Shown: piece after piece, positions 8,800-17,140 of the stretch | How positions within the stretch are numbered: the stretch's first letter is position 1 | Layout of the letters: each line of letters begins with the position of its first letter | Source of the DNA: a virus | IMG/VR virus record: IMGVR_UViG_3300006802_000078 | Span: 27,626 to 91,625 of that record | Length of the DNA: 64,000 nucleotides | Strand: one strand, 5' to 3' | The notes under the pieces: model-generated | Databases searched by the model: none | What the model saw: only the letters and a program-made list of their open reading frames with translations | Told to the model about the DNA's origin: nothing | Made by a program: the position numbers and the translations under genes

Positions 8800-9153
8800 T
8801 CAGTACCCCATCGCTTCGGCGGAGTAGTCGCGCTGCCCGCTGCTCTGCTTCACCCAGCGGGGCACGAGGAAGGGCAGCAGCTCGCCGCCGAAGCCCAGTG
8901 CCTCCACTGAGGCGAGCTGCTCGACAGCGCAGACGTCGACATGGTGCGTCTGCATGCGGCCGTCGCAGTCGCGGCCGTCGGTGTGGGTCTCCCGCACCAC
9001 GGTGCCTTCGTCGGCGTCCCAGGTGTAGGTGCAGTCGTAGCTCGACCAGCCCTCGTCGGTGTCCTCGGAGTGGCTGAAGCTCGCGACCGGCTCGTCGGGG
9101 GTGAGCTGGATGAAGATCCAGAATCCACTCTCGTGGGCGTAGAAGTTGGGCAT
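8800..9153 (-). CDS. phage hypothetical protein (117 aa)
   Basis: Start MPNFY; TDEG..GRDCDGR..QRDYSAEAMGY. Confidence 0.75.
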   Translation of the reverse strand: MPNFYAHESGFWIFIQLTPDEPVASFSHSEDTDEGWSSYDCTYTWDADEGTVVRETHTDGRDCDGRMQTHHVDVCAVEQLASVEALGFGGELLPFLVPRWVKQSSGQRDYSAEAMGY

Positions 9154-9155
9154 GG

Positions 9156-9668
9156 TCAGTTCCCCGTGAAAGATGGGTGGCGGGCATTCGTCGGGATGTG
9201 GCCCAGCGCAGCCAAGCTCTGGAACCCGCCGCCATCGACGACGACCAGGTGGTCGAGCAGCGTGATGCCGATGACCTCGGCAGCCCTGCACAAACGGCGG
9301 GTCACCTCGATGTCCTCAGCCGAGGGCTTCGTGTCCCTGGATGGGTGGTTGTGCGCGATGATGAAGCACACCGCACGGTCGTAGGCCATGACTCGCCGGA
9401 GCACGACAGCCGGGTCAACGATGGTGCACTTCCCGTTGCCGACGCTGACCACCTCGACACCGAGCGGGCGGTTGTTTCGCAGCATCGGCACGACAACGAG
9501 CCGCTCCTCGCCGCTGCCGTCGAAGTAGGGCAGCACCAGCGCAGCAGCATCAGCAGGCGACAGCAGCGGCGCCTTCGGCACAGCCGGTGGAGCCAGCACA
9601 GCCACCGCCCGGCGCTGCTGGTCAGGCGTCGCCGCTTGCCAGAGATCCCAAAGCTCGCGCATCTTCAT
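9156..9668 (-). CDS. RadC-like JAB domain protein
   Basis: EERLVV..VSVG..IVDP..IIAHNHPS..PSAEDIEVT..GITLLDHLVV is the RadC/JAB motif set. Confidence 0.92.
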   Translation of the reverse strand: MKMRELWDLWQAATPDQQRRAVAVLAPPAVPKAPLLSPADAAALVLPYFDGSGEERLVVVPMLRNNRPLGVEVVSVGNGKCTIVDPAVVLRRVMAYDRAVCFIIAHNHPSRDTKPSAEDIEVTRRLCRAAEVIGITLLDHLVVVDGGGFQSLAALGHIPTNARHPSFTGN

Positions 9669-10012
9669 GTTTCAGCCTCCTCGCCGACCAAGTCGGCAAG
9701 CTCTGGTGCGACGAACTCGAAGCTCGTCCAGGGCCACGCCGCCGTGGTCCCATCAGCACCTATGACCATGGCGTAGACGACGCCGTCAACCTTGGCGAAG
9801 TCGACACAGCGGCCTCGCATCTGCACCGGCTGCGACGGCGCTGGCGCAGCCACGCCCGAGTTGCTCAGCCACATGCCAGCGACGTCTTGGCGCCAGTGGG
9901 CGAGTCGTCGCTCGTAGAAATCATCTGCTTCGACGACGCGCAGGCCGACCAGATCGGACAGCTCAGTGACGGCCTCGCCAAAGAAGATGGCGCTCCACTC
10001 GGTCTCGGTCAC
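9665..10012 (-). CDS. hypothetical protein (115 aa)
   Basis: GTG start overlapping upstream TGA, GGAGG RBS. Confidence 0.6.
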   Translation of the reverse strand: MTETEWSAIFFGEAVTELSDLVGLRVVEADDFYERRLAHWRQDVAGMWLSNSGVAAPAPSQPVQMRGRCVDFAKVDGVVYAMVIGADGTTAAWPWTSFEFVAPELADLVGEEAET

Positions 10013-10302
10013 GATGCCTCCAGGTCTGCGAGCTGGTCTCGCACCTCGCGCGCCAGGTCGAGGCTGTTGCTGCGGCGGTCCAGGGTCACGACGGCCCAGT
10101 GCCGGTAGCCGTAGGCGCCACCGGTGAAGGAGTTGTCGCCGGTCTGCCAGCCGAAGCATGGGCTGCCGGGATCCCAGCCGACGGTCACGGTCATGGACGG
10201 GAAGGAATCGTCCTCGCAGCCTTCGGCGCGGTACTCGTCACCGATGTGGGCCTTGAGGTCGATGAAGAGCTGGCGCAGGGCGCGCAGCGACGGGAGCTTC
10301 AT
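10009..10302 (-). CDS. phage hypothetical protein (97 aa)
   Basis: WQTGDNSFTGGAYG motif; AGGAG RBS. Confidence 0.75.
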   Translation of the reverse strand: MKLPSLRALRQLFIDLKAHIGDEYRAEGCEDDSFPSMTVTVGWDPGSPCFGWQTGDNSFTGGAYGYRHWAVVTLDRRSNSLDLAREVRDQLADLEAS

Positions 10303-10303
10303 G

Positions 10304-10612
10304 TCAGTCTCCTGCGATGGTGATGTTGGACCAGTCCTCGGGCGTCATCTCAGCGCCGTCGTGGCGGAAGACGGCCCGCGCCCGGTGTCTCGCCGGGTCC
10401 GCCCCGTAGAGCACGGCTTCCCAGTAGGTGTCGCCGAGCGACCGCAGGTCGATCTGCAGGAACCCGGCGCGCTTCACGTGCGGGCCGAGGTCGGCGAGCC
10501 GCGGGAACAGCGGGGGCTGCAGGGCTTCGACACCGCAGCCGGGGCACGGCAGGGTGCTGCCGTCGGACTGTTGACGATGGGCCACACGGCCGCAAGCGAT
10601 ACAGACGATCAT
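10304..10612 (-). CDS. Zn-ribbon protein (102 aa)
   Basis: CIAC..CPGC at the N-terminus. Confidence 0.65.
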   Translation of the reverse strand: MIVCIACGRVAHRQQSDGSTLPCPGCGVEALQPPLFPRLADLGPHVKRAGFLQIDLRSLGDTYWEAVLYGADPARHRARAVFRHDGAEMTPEDWSNITIAGD

Positions 10613-10615
10613 TCG

Positions 10616-10744
10616 CTACTCCAAGTCAGTCATGCGGGTGGCGTACACTGCGCCGGGGTAGGCGCTGTTGGTGTCGCCCTCCCACACCAGGCCGGCGGCC
10701 TCGGGGGCGACACCGGCCGCGATGTCGTCGATGGTGAGCATCAT
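10616..10744 (-). CDS. micro-ORF (42 aa)
   Basis: MMLTIDDIAAG..DLE*; AGGAG RBS; fills operon gap. Confidence 0.5.
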   Translation of the reverse strand: MMLTIDDIAAGVAPEAAGLVWEGDTNSAYPGAVYATRMTDLE

Positions 10745-10755
10745 GAGGGGTGCTC

Positions 10756-10818
10756 CTACCAGTCGTGGACGACAGAGCCGTCCTCGTTGCGCTCGGCGTC
10801 GAAGTCAGCCTCGGCCAT
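10756..10818 (-). CDS. micro-ORF (20 aa, MAEADFDAERNEDGSVVHDW)
   Basis: GAGGGAG RBS; fills operon gap. Confidence 0.4.
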   Translation of the reverse strand: MAEADFDAERNEDGSVVHDW

Positions 10819-11755
10819 CGTCGTCTCCCTCGATTTCGAGCTCCCGCGCCAGCCGCTCAAGCTCCGCCAGCCGGAACTCGTGGCAGCCGACGATGAGGGT
10901 ACCGTCAGCCCGCGCCGTGTTCACAGAGAAGCCATCAAGGCTGACGCCTGTGATGTCCCGCGCTTGACCCTGACGCTGCGCGCGTCTCACCAGGCCGAGC
11001 AGGAGCGACCCCCGTGACTTCACCTCGGAGGCGGACACCCGCAGGTTCTGGCTGGTGTGCACGTAGCCCGCCTCGAGACGCAAGAGGTCGCCGTGCTGCT
11101 CCCGGCACTGGACCATGAGCCGGTAGCCCAAGGTCTTGCCCGTCGTACGCCACTCGGCGATGGCAGTAGGCAGATCTCGGCGGCTATCGGCCATGGCCTG
11201 CTCTTGCCGGGCCCACCTCGCAGCGCCCCGCGCACGGCGCTGGGCGTCGAGCTCCGCCTCGTAGCCCCGGTGCTCCGCATAGAGCTCCTCCGAGACGCCG
11301 CCCGACTCGTCGCCCGACTCGTCGATACCGGCGAGCTCAGCTGCTGAGGCAGCATCATCGACAGCACCCATCAGCTCACGCAGGAGCTTCCGCCTGGAGG
11401 GCTTGCGGGTCACGGTCGCCAGCTCGGCGAGCTTCGCGTCGCGGATCGTGAGCCATGCCTGCATCACCTCGGCGGCGGTCGTGCTGCGCGTCAGGCGCAT
11501 CGACGGCGGCAGACTCACGACGCGTCGGCCGCGCACCGCACCCATTGCCAGCCCGATGTGGGTCGAGGTGGTCACGCCGTGGTAGTCGCGGCTCTCCAGC
11601 AGCACACCGCCGTCGACGTGCATGCCGATCAGCGTCGAGTAGCTGAAGAGATACGGACCGTCGAAGCGGATGTTTCCGCTGTAGCCGGACTCCTGGGTCT
11701 TACCCGCCCAGTAGTGGGCGACCTCGTCGTTGTTTCGCAGAGACTGTCGTGTCAT
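10805..11755 (-). CDS. phage hypothetical protein (316 aa)
   Basis: Start MTRQSLRNNDEVAHYWA after GAGG; C-terminal DGTLIVGCH motif. Confidence 0.8.
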   Translation of the reverse strand: MTRQSLRNNDEVAHYWAGKTQESGYSGNIRFDGPYLFSYSTLIGMHVDGGVLLESRDYHGVTTSTHIGLAMGAVRGRRVVSLPPSMRLTRSTTAAEVMQAWLTIRDAKLAELATVTRKPSRRKLLRELMGAVDDAASAAELAGIDESGDESGGVSEELYAEHRGYEAELDAQRRARGAARWARQEQAMADSRRDLPTAIAEWRTTGKTLGYRLMVQCREQHGDLLRLEAGYVHTSQNLRVSASEVKSRGSLLLGLVRRAQRQGQARDITGVSLDGFSVNTARADGTLIVGCHEFRLAELERLARELEIEGDDDGRG

Positions 11756-11759
11756 GGGG

Positions 11760-12194
11760 TCACCTCGTGTAGCAGAGATCGAACGAGTGATATGGCTCGG
11801 TGTACCAGCCGTGCTCGGTGCTCCAGCAGTAGCGCTTCGGCACCACCGCGCCGCCGCCGAAGCTGTCGGTGATGCCCCACTGGTAGGGGCCAGACTCCCA
11901 GCACAGGCGCCAGCAGCCCGAGGGCTCCCCCTCGGTCTGCTCGGGCGGGGAGACGAGCACCTCACCGGCCCAGTGCTCGCCGTGCTCGCGCGCCGCACGC
12001 TTGAAGAGGCAGGCTGCGCCCCGCACGATGGCGTCCTCCATCGAGACAGGGGCGCCGTCGGTGTCGACGGTCTTCGCCCAAGCCAGGGCAGTAGCTCCAC
12101 GACGAACGGCAGCATCGCGCTTGGCCTCATTGCTGAGGGAGCGGCAGCGCAGGGAGTCGTCGAAGTAGCCCCGCAGAAAGTCAAGATCGGCCAT
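11760..12194 (-). CDS. hypothetical protein (144 aa)
   Basis: Start MADLDF directly after the upstream stop; WESGPYQWG..YTEPY. Confidence 0.7.
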   Translation of the reverse strand: MADLDFLRGYFDDSLRCRSLSNEAKRDAAVRRGATALAWAKTVDTDGAPVSMEDAIVRGAACLFKRAAREHGEHWAGEVLVSPPEQTEGEPSGCWRLCWESGPYQWGITDSFGGGAVVPKRYCWSTEHGWYTEPYHSFDLCYTR

Positions 12195-12196
12195 GG

Positions 12197-12910
12197 TCAA
12201 CACCCCATGCGGCGCTCGGCCGCAACCTCGGCGGCGTAGGCCGCACTGTCGTTGTCGTAGTTTCTGACCCACTTCAGCAGCACGCGCTGCTTGGCGTCGA
12301 GGTAGCGTTCGGCCACGCCGGGCACGACCCGGTCGCCCCTGCAGGTAGGGCAGGTGACGTCGTAGTCGCCTCGACGGTAGCGCGACTCGCCCGTCTCCTC
12401 GTCGATGTCGTCGCGCCAGAACTCGTCGTCGCCCCAGATGCCGCCGGCGTCGATGCTCGGGTTCGTCACCTTGCCCCCGCCGCCGCACATGTGGCAGACC
12501 TCGTAGGCTGCGGGCAGCTCGACGATGAAGCTGGTGCCCTCGGCAGCATGCCACTCCTGGTAGGTCACGTCGTGGGCAGGGACGGTGACGTAGCCGTGGC
12601 GGTGGTATCGCTCCTTGTCGAGGATGGCCTGCAGCTCCTCCTCGGCCACACCCTGCTTACGTAGTCGCTCGACCTGGTAGTCATAGGCGAAGACCTGCTT
12701 CGCTTCGACGTGGTGCACGTGCTCGGTCCAGGTGCCCTCGAACAGCTCGGAGAGCAGGTCTTCGTCCTCGACCTCGCTCAAGTCGCAGACGAGGGTGCGC
12801 CGCTGCGCATCGAACCTGGCGTGCCGCGCCAGCCAGCCGGGGCCGGCGAGGGCGGCGAGCACACGGCGGTCCCCCCAGTAGTTGTACTCTTCCATGCTAC
12901 GAGGCATCAT
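12197..12910 (-). CDS. DnaJ-type zinc-finger protein (237 aa)
   Basis: CHMCGGGG..YDVTCPTCRG (CxxCxGxG-like pair); GGAGG RBS. Confidence 0.75.
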   Translation of the reverse strand: MMPRSMEEYNYWGDRRVLAALAGPGWLARHARFDAQRRTLVCDLSEVEDEDLLSELFEGTWTEHVHHVEAKQVFAYDYQVERLRKQGVAEEELQAILDKERYHRHGYVTVPAHDVTYQEWHAAEGTSFIVELPAAYEVCHMCGGGGKVTNPSIDAGGIWGDDEFWRDDIDEETGESRYRRGDYDVTCPTCRGDRVVPGVAERYLDAKQRVLLKWVRNYDNDSAAYAAEVAAERRMGC

Positions 12911-13236
12911 CCACCTCCGAGGAGGCGCCGGGCCTCCTGCTCGTTGAGCATGCTGCGCACGACGCGTCGTCGGTTCTGGTACTTCTCGCCGGTGTGCTCG
13001 TAGCACACGCCGAGACCGTTCATGTGGGGCTTGCCGAGCTGGTGCCCCGTGATCTCCCACTCGACCCAGCGGGTGCCGGGCGCAGGCGGAGTCAGCCGCT
13101 TGCCCGAGAGGCTGTCCTCGATCCAGCAGAGCAGCCGACCCTGGTACTCGGGCACATTCTCGTGCTCGTGCTGCCACGTGCGGTGCACGGTGCCTCCGGG
13201 GAACATCACCGTGGTCTGAACACACCAGTCGCTCAT
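12907..13236 (-). CDS. hypothetical protein (109 aa)
   Basis: Start MSDWCV after AGGAGG. Confidence 0.65.
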   Translation of the reverse strand: MSDWCVQTTVMFPGGTVHRTWQHEHENVPEYQGRLLCWIEDSLSGKRLTPPAPGTRWVEWEITGHQLGKPHMNGLGVCYEHTGEKYQNRRRVVRSMLNEQEARRLLGGG

Positions 13237-13334
13237 CGCGTACCTCCTGCACAGATGTGGGGCCAGCGCACGGCGGAAGCGTCGCCGCCGAGCCACTCGG
13301 ACTGGGGATGGAACATGTGTCGAGTGTCAGACAT
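13233..13334 (-). CDS. micro-ORF (33 aa)
   Basis: MSDTRHMFHP..; AAGGAG RBS; ATGA-coupled to the next gene. Confidence 0.45.
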   Translation of the reverse strand: MSDTRHMFHPQSEWLGGDASAVRWPHICAGGTR

Positions 13335-13346
13335 CGGCGCTCTCCT

Positions 13347-13817
13347 TCAGTTGCGAACCACGATCCAGGGCCGCTTGCCCGTGACATCGCGCGGCCCGTC
13401 GATGTAGGCAGTGCCACTGTTGCTGTAGATGCAGACGTAGACCCGCCTCCAGCGATTGCTCCACAGCACCTTGCTGCCATGCGTGAGCCGACTGCCGTAG
13501 CCGCTGGCCGTCTGCTGCAGGCCCTTCTCCTGCCAGGGCAAGAGCTCGACACGCGCCGGCACGTAGCCAGCCTTGCCGACGTCGAGCATGTAGGGGGCGC
13601 CCTCTCCGCTGAAGCGCAGGGCCCAGCAGGCCTCGGCTCGGGTGGGCCACTCGCCGACGAGCAGGTGGGTCGGGGCCTCGACCCACTCACGATCCTGCAT
13701 GAGCCAGACACACGGGCCATCCTCGCCGCGACCCTTCCAGACACGCCAGACATCATCGACATGCTCGACGTGGTAGTGCCACTTCTCGCCGTCCTGCCAG
13801 TGAAGCTCCTCAGTCAT
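13347..13817 (-). CDS. phage hypothetical protein (156 aa)
   Basis: TASGYGSRL..RWRRVY..YSNSGTAYI motif. Confidence 0.75.
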   Translation of the reverse strand: MTEELHWQDGEKWHYHVEHVDDVWRVWKGRGEDGPCVWLMQDREWVEAPTHLLVGEWPTRAEACWALRFSGEGAPYMLDVGKAGYVPARVELLPWQEKGLQQTASGYGSRLTHGSKVLWSNRWRRVYVCIYSNSGTAYIDGPRDVTGKRPWIVVRN

Positions 13818-14268
13818 GGGTCACCTCGCGCATGTGGAGGATGCAGGCCACGAGGGCCTCGGTGGGATCGGTGACGTTGGCGAGGGCGGGGACGTGTCGA
13901 ATCCCCAGGTGGCCCTCGAAGGCGTAGAAGTAGGAGACGCCGCTCGCATGCCGGAGCGCCCACACTCCCGGCGCCACGCTGGACCACAGCGCCGTCCACG
14001 AGTCCTCCTCCGAGGCCCCGCAGAGCCGGGCGAGGTGGGCGCGGGCGTGGAAGACCCCAGTGGGGTCGGAGAGGTCGACGTCGGGCCAACGCCCATCGAG
14101 GTACGGGTGCGAGATGATGCCGTTCTTTACGCCGATGAAGGCAAGCCGGAGGCCGGCAGAGCTCAGCGGGTAGCTGCCCCCGAGGATGACGTCGCGGCCA
14201 TCCGGGAGGGTGGAGGGACACCCGCGCCGGGCGAGGTCCGGCACCATGGGCAGGCGAAGATCAGACAT
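13810..14268 (-). CDS. hypothetical protein (152 aa)
   Basis: AAGGAG RBS, overlap coupling. Confidence 0.7.
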   Translation of the reverse strand: MSDLRLPMVPDLARRGCPSTLPDGRDVILGGSYPLSSAGLRLAFIGVKNGIISHPYLDGRWPDVDLSDPTGVFHARAHLARLCGASEEDSWTALWSSVAPGVWALRHASGVSYFYAFEGHLGIRHVPALANVTDPTEALVACILHMREVTHD

Positions 14269-14764
14269 TATTGCTCTCCTTCGGGTAGGGCATCTCGACG
14301 AGGCCGAGCTCGTCGCAGATGTCGGCCGCCACTTCGGCGAGGTGGCCGCCGCCGGTGCCGTCGACCCACATCGACAGCTCGATGCGGAGGCGCAGTGCGA
14401 AGGCGTCGGGGGCGAGCCCCGTCACGGGCCAGCCATTGGCGGCGCGAAGGGCGCCGGCGTCGTGCCAGCGACCATCCCAGATGCCGACGCCGCAGCCGGC
14501 GAGGGTAGCGACGACGTCGGAGATCCATGCCGGGCCGACGGTGTCGCGCAGGTGCCAGACGTCGATGCCGCTCGACGCCAGGACGAAGCGGACGCGCATG
14601 GCGAACAGGTCGAGCGCACCGCTGAAGCGGAGCAGCTCGTCTCGGCAGCCGCTCAGGTCATGCTCGGCAGCATCAGAGCAGAGCAGGCCGAGGCACCACT
14701 CGGCGAGATCGAGAGGATCGTCGGGGTCGAAGACGCGCCCGGAGCGCTGGCATGGTGGGGTCAT
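14261..14764 (-). CDS. hypothetical protein (167 aa)
   Basis: ATGA coupling. Confidence 0.7.
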   Translation of the reverse strand: MTPPCQRSGRVFDPDDPLDLAEWCLGLLCSDAAEHDLSGCRDELLRFSGALDLFAMRVRFVLASSGIDVWHLRDTVGPAWISDVVATLAGCGVGIWDGRWHDAGALRAANGWPVTGLAPDAFALRLRIELSMWVDGTGGGHLAEVAADICDELGLVEMPYPKESNNV

Positions 14765-15012
14765 GGCGAAGCCTCCTCACGAAGTCGGCCCAAGTAGCGA
14801 GCCTGGGTCTGGTGCATCGCGACAGCCTCTGCTTTCGCCTGCTCCAGCGGCAGCGCCCGCTCGCCTCGGATGATCTGCCCGCGGACCTTGACCCAGGGCA
14901 GCCACAGGCCGGTGCCCTTGATGAGAAGCACCTCGACGGAATCCTCGGGCGGGAATCCGTAGGCACGAAGCGCGACGCCACCAGCATCGCTGCACTGTTC
15001 CCATTCTCGCAT
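14761..15012 (-). CDS. hypothetical protein (83 aa)
   Basis: Packed ORF ending EEASP*. Confidence 0.65.
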   Translation of the reverse strand: MREWEQCSDAGGVALRAYGFPPEDSVEVLLIKGTGLWLPWVKVRGQIIRGERALPLEQAKAEAVAMHQTQARYLGRLREEASP

Positions 15013-15021
15013 GATGTCACC

Positions 15022-15546
15022 TCATCGAATGAAGTCGGCCCAGCAGGCCACGTAGAAGCGCCCGGTGTGCTCGGAGTAGCACAGCGTGGCGGCGTAGCTG
15101 TCGCCGGTGTTGCAGTAGAGGATGCCCCCGTCCTGACCCGAGCTGCCGCCCCAGCATGCCTCCTCCGGCATGTAGGTGCGGCGGAGCTGCGGGCCGGAAC
15201 CGTCCGAAGCGAAGGGCTGGAGGTACTCGACCCCGTGCGTGTCGAGGATGGCGTCAGCCACGGCCATGAGCGCGGTGATGTAGCTCGGGAAGCCGTGGCT
15301 GCGGCGGATGTGGTGCGCGCCAGCGGGGAACACGGCGGGGTTGAGCTCGTACTTGATCAGGCCGCGCACGACCCTGGCGTCGGCGTCGCTGAGCCAGGGC
15401 AGACCTCGCCGCAGGGTGCGCAGGCTCGGAGCTTGGTCTGGGTAGCTCGCCAGACGCTTGCGTCGCGACTCGTAGCGAGACCAGTAGGGGGACTCGTAGT
15501 CCGGGTGGTCCAGCGGGGTAGCCGCAGGCGAAGTCTCAACAGGCAA
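15022..15546 (-). CDS. phage hypothetical protein (~174 aa)
   Basis: THGVEY..LYCNTGDSYAATL motif; start uncertain (TTG). Confidence 0.7.
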   Translation of the reverse strand: MPVETSPAATPLDHPDYESPYWSRYESRRKRLASYPDQAPSLRTLRRGLPWLSDADARVVRGLIKYELNPAVFPAGAHHIRRSHGFPSYITALMAVADAILDTHGVEYLQPFASDGSGPQLRRTYMPEEACWGGSSGQDGGILYCNTGDSYAATLCYSEHTGRFYVACWADFIR

Positions 15547-15549
15547 GGG

Positions 15550-15960
15550 TCACCTCTCCCAGCGAGCGCGCATGGCCGCGATCTTCTCGACGGGCACACC
15601 GTGCACGCAGCGCGCGGCCAGCTCCTCGTCGGACAGGCCGGCATCGAACAGGTCGATGGTCCGCACATTCGCGCCGAAGCAACGGGCCATCTCCCGGTAG
15701 AGGAGCATCTCCCACTGCTGGCTGAAGGTGTTGGCCACGGCCACGTTGAAGCCGAGAGCCAGCGCGTGCAGACATGCAGCTTGGCAGCGGGCGTGCGCCT
15801 CACCAAGCCGGGCGGGATCGAACGCGTAGTTGCCGCGCTCGTCGACCATGTAGTCGTCGGCCGACAGCGCGACACTCACGGCGCCGGTGGCCTCGAGCTC
15901 GTCCGCGAAGGTGGACTTGCCCGCACCGGGCAGGCCTCGGATCTCGAACAGGGTAGGCAT
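15550..15960 (-). CDS. P-loop kinase (AAA_33 / polynucleotide-kinase-like)
   Basis: IRGLPGAGKST Walker A, SADDY, VANT, RCVHGVP; AAGGAG RBS. Confidence 0.88.
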   Translation of the reverse strand: MPTLFEIRGLPGAGKSTFADELEATGAVSVALSADDYMVDERGNYAFDPARLGEAHARCQAACLHALALGFNVAVANTFSQQWEMLLYREMARCFGANVRTIDLFDAGLSDEELAARCVHGVPVEKIAAMRARWER

Positions 15961-16207
15961 CGTACTCCTTTAGTTCTGTCGTTACGTACTCGTCCCATCC
16001 GCCGCCGGGGTATCCCCGTGGGCGAACGTTCACGTTGAACCCGTGACGAGCAGCCAGCCGCCGTACGGTGCGGCAGGCCGAGTGCCCGTCCTGGTAGCCG
16101 CAGACGCGAGCGACCACGAGCCAGCTCCACCCTGCGTTGTAGAGGGCAGCTCCGTCTCGTGCGTCCTCGATGGCCTCCGCTGTCGTTACGCCTGGACGGC
16201 GGCCCAT
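15800..16207 (-). CDS. possible HTH protein
   Basis: LYNAGWSWLVVARVCGY..SACRTVRR looks HTH-like; 3' part overlaps the kinase gene, so boundaries are uncertain. Confidence 0.45.
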   Translation of the reverse strand: MGRRPGVTTAEAIEDARDGAALYNAGWSWLVVARVCGYQDGHSACRTVRRLAARHGFNVNVRPRGYPGGGWDEYVTTELKEYDAYPVRDPRPARCGQVHLRGRARGHRRRECRAVGRRLHGRRARQLRVRSRPAW

Positions 16208-16399
16208 TCAGCACACGTCCTCGAACAGACGGCACATGCCCCAGCTCCCCCCGGAGCGGAGGCCGACCTCGTAGCCGCTGCGGGTTCGCAGGGGGCCAAG
16301 CAGCCACGAGGCCGGAGCCGTGCGCTGCTCGCAGGTGACGGGTGCCCGCGTCAGGTCATCGACGAGAGCGAGAGCGAGGAGAGCGACGAGCACGGGCAT
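16208..16399 (-). CDS. small protein with hydrophobic N-terminus (63 aa)
   Basis: AGGAGG RBS; MPVLVALLALAL. Confidence 0.5.
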   Translation of the reverse strand: MPVLVALLALALVDDLTRAPVTCEQRTAPASWLLGPLRTRSGYEVGLRSGGSWGMCRLFEDVC

Positions 16400-16424
16400 G
16401 GCGAGGTACCTCCTGACTTCCAGG

Positions 16425-16619
16425 CTACCATCGCGCGGGCCACACGGTGGCGGTGACGACGGTGAGGGTGAATACCACCATCGCGCCGATGGCCCAGGCG
16501 GTGGGGCCGTAGCCCCACAGCATGAGCAGGGCAGCGTCAATCCCGCGGGCGATGCGCATGGGCATCACCACGTATGCTGCGGCGGCGGCACCGAGGAGGG
16601 CGAAGAGGATGAGGCGCAT
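16425..16619 (-). CDS. small membrane protein (64 aa)
   Basis: Two to three hydrophobic segments. Confidence 0.5.
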   Translation of the reverse strand: MRLILFALLGAAAAAYVVMPMRIARGIDAALLMLWGYGPTAWAIGAMVVFTLTVVTATVWPARW

Positions 16620-16627
16620 GGGAAAAC

Positions 16628-16735
16628 CTACGGGAAGGTGGTGGTGACGAAGAAGAGGAGGCCGCCGAGTGCGGTTCCGATGGGCAGGGCCAGCCCCAGG
16701 CTGAGCGCCGCCTCGATGAGGATGAGGCGCAGCAT
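16628..16735 (-). CDS. small membrane peptide (35 aa)
   Basis: TGATG coupling; fully hydrophobic. Confidence 0.5.
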   Translation of the reverse strand: MLRLILIEAALSLGLALPIGTALGGLLFFVTTTFP

Positions 16736-16980
16736 CACCGCATCTCGGCGGCGTCGCGCAGCAGGTCGAGGCGCAGGGCCTCGGCCTCGTGGGCGCTGCG
16801 ACGGAAGCCATCCGCCCGCTCGGGACAGCGCTCGGCGGCCTGGCGCAGCCCGGCGGCGAGCTTCTGCTGCTCGAAGGCCCGCTGCTGCAGGCGCTTCCGG
16901 CGCTGGGTACGCGCGCGGGCGGCCGCGCCGTCGGTGGCGAGGAACCCTGCGCTCTTCAGCGCGTCGTACATCTGGTTCAT
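16735..16980 (-). CDS. basic helical hypothetical protein (81 aa)
   Basis: GGGAG RBS, MNQMYDALK. Confidence 0.65.
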   Translation of the reverse strand: MNQMYDALKSAGFLATDGAAARARTQRRKRLQQRAFEQQKLAAGLRQAAERCPERADGFRRSAHEAEALRLDLLRDAAEMR

Positions 16981-17004
16981 TTGCATCTCCCGCATCTCTC
17001 GTGG

Positions 17005-17140
17005 TCAGTCGGCAGTCCACTTGGACCAACGTGTGTTGGTTGCAGGCCCACGCCATTGCCCCACGCGCGGCGTCATTGCCGCACGCTCGGCTTCGCACCT
17101 GCATTACCCGTGGCTTTAGCCTCAGTTGCCTGCGGTCGAG
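17005..17140 (-). ncRNA. putative structured RNA element downstream of the tRNA-like RNA
   Basis: Nested helices GGC/GCC, CCAC/GTGG, TGCAGGT/GCCTGCA, GCGTGCGGC/GCCGCGCGT, ACCAAC/GTTGGT, plus a CAG-GCAA-CTG GNRA hairpin; intergenic. Confidence 0.5.

Noticed and set aside
12197-13762. 521-aa ORF as one protein (likewise 4428-5726 and 10805-12184)
   Set aside because: The N-terminal extensions overlap better-supported coupled genes in other frames; internal ATGs have proper RBSs.
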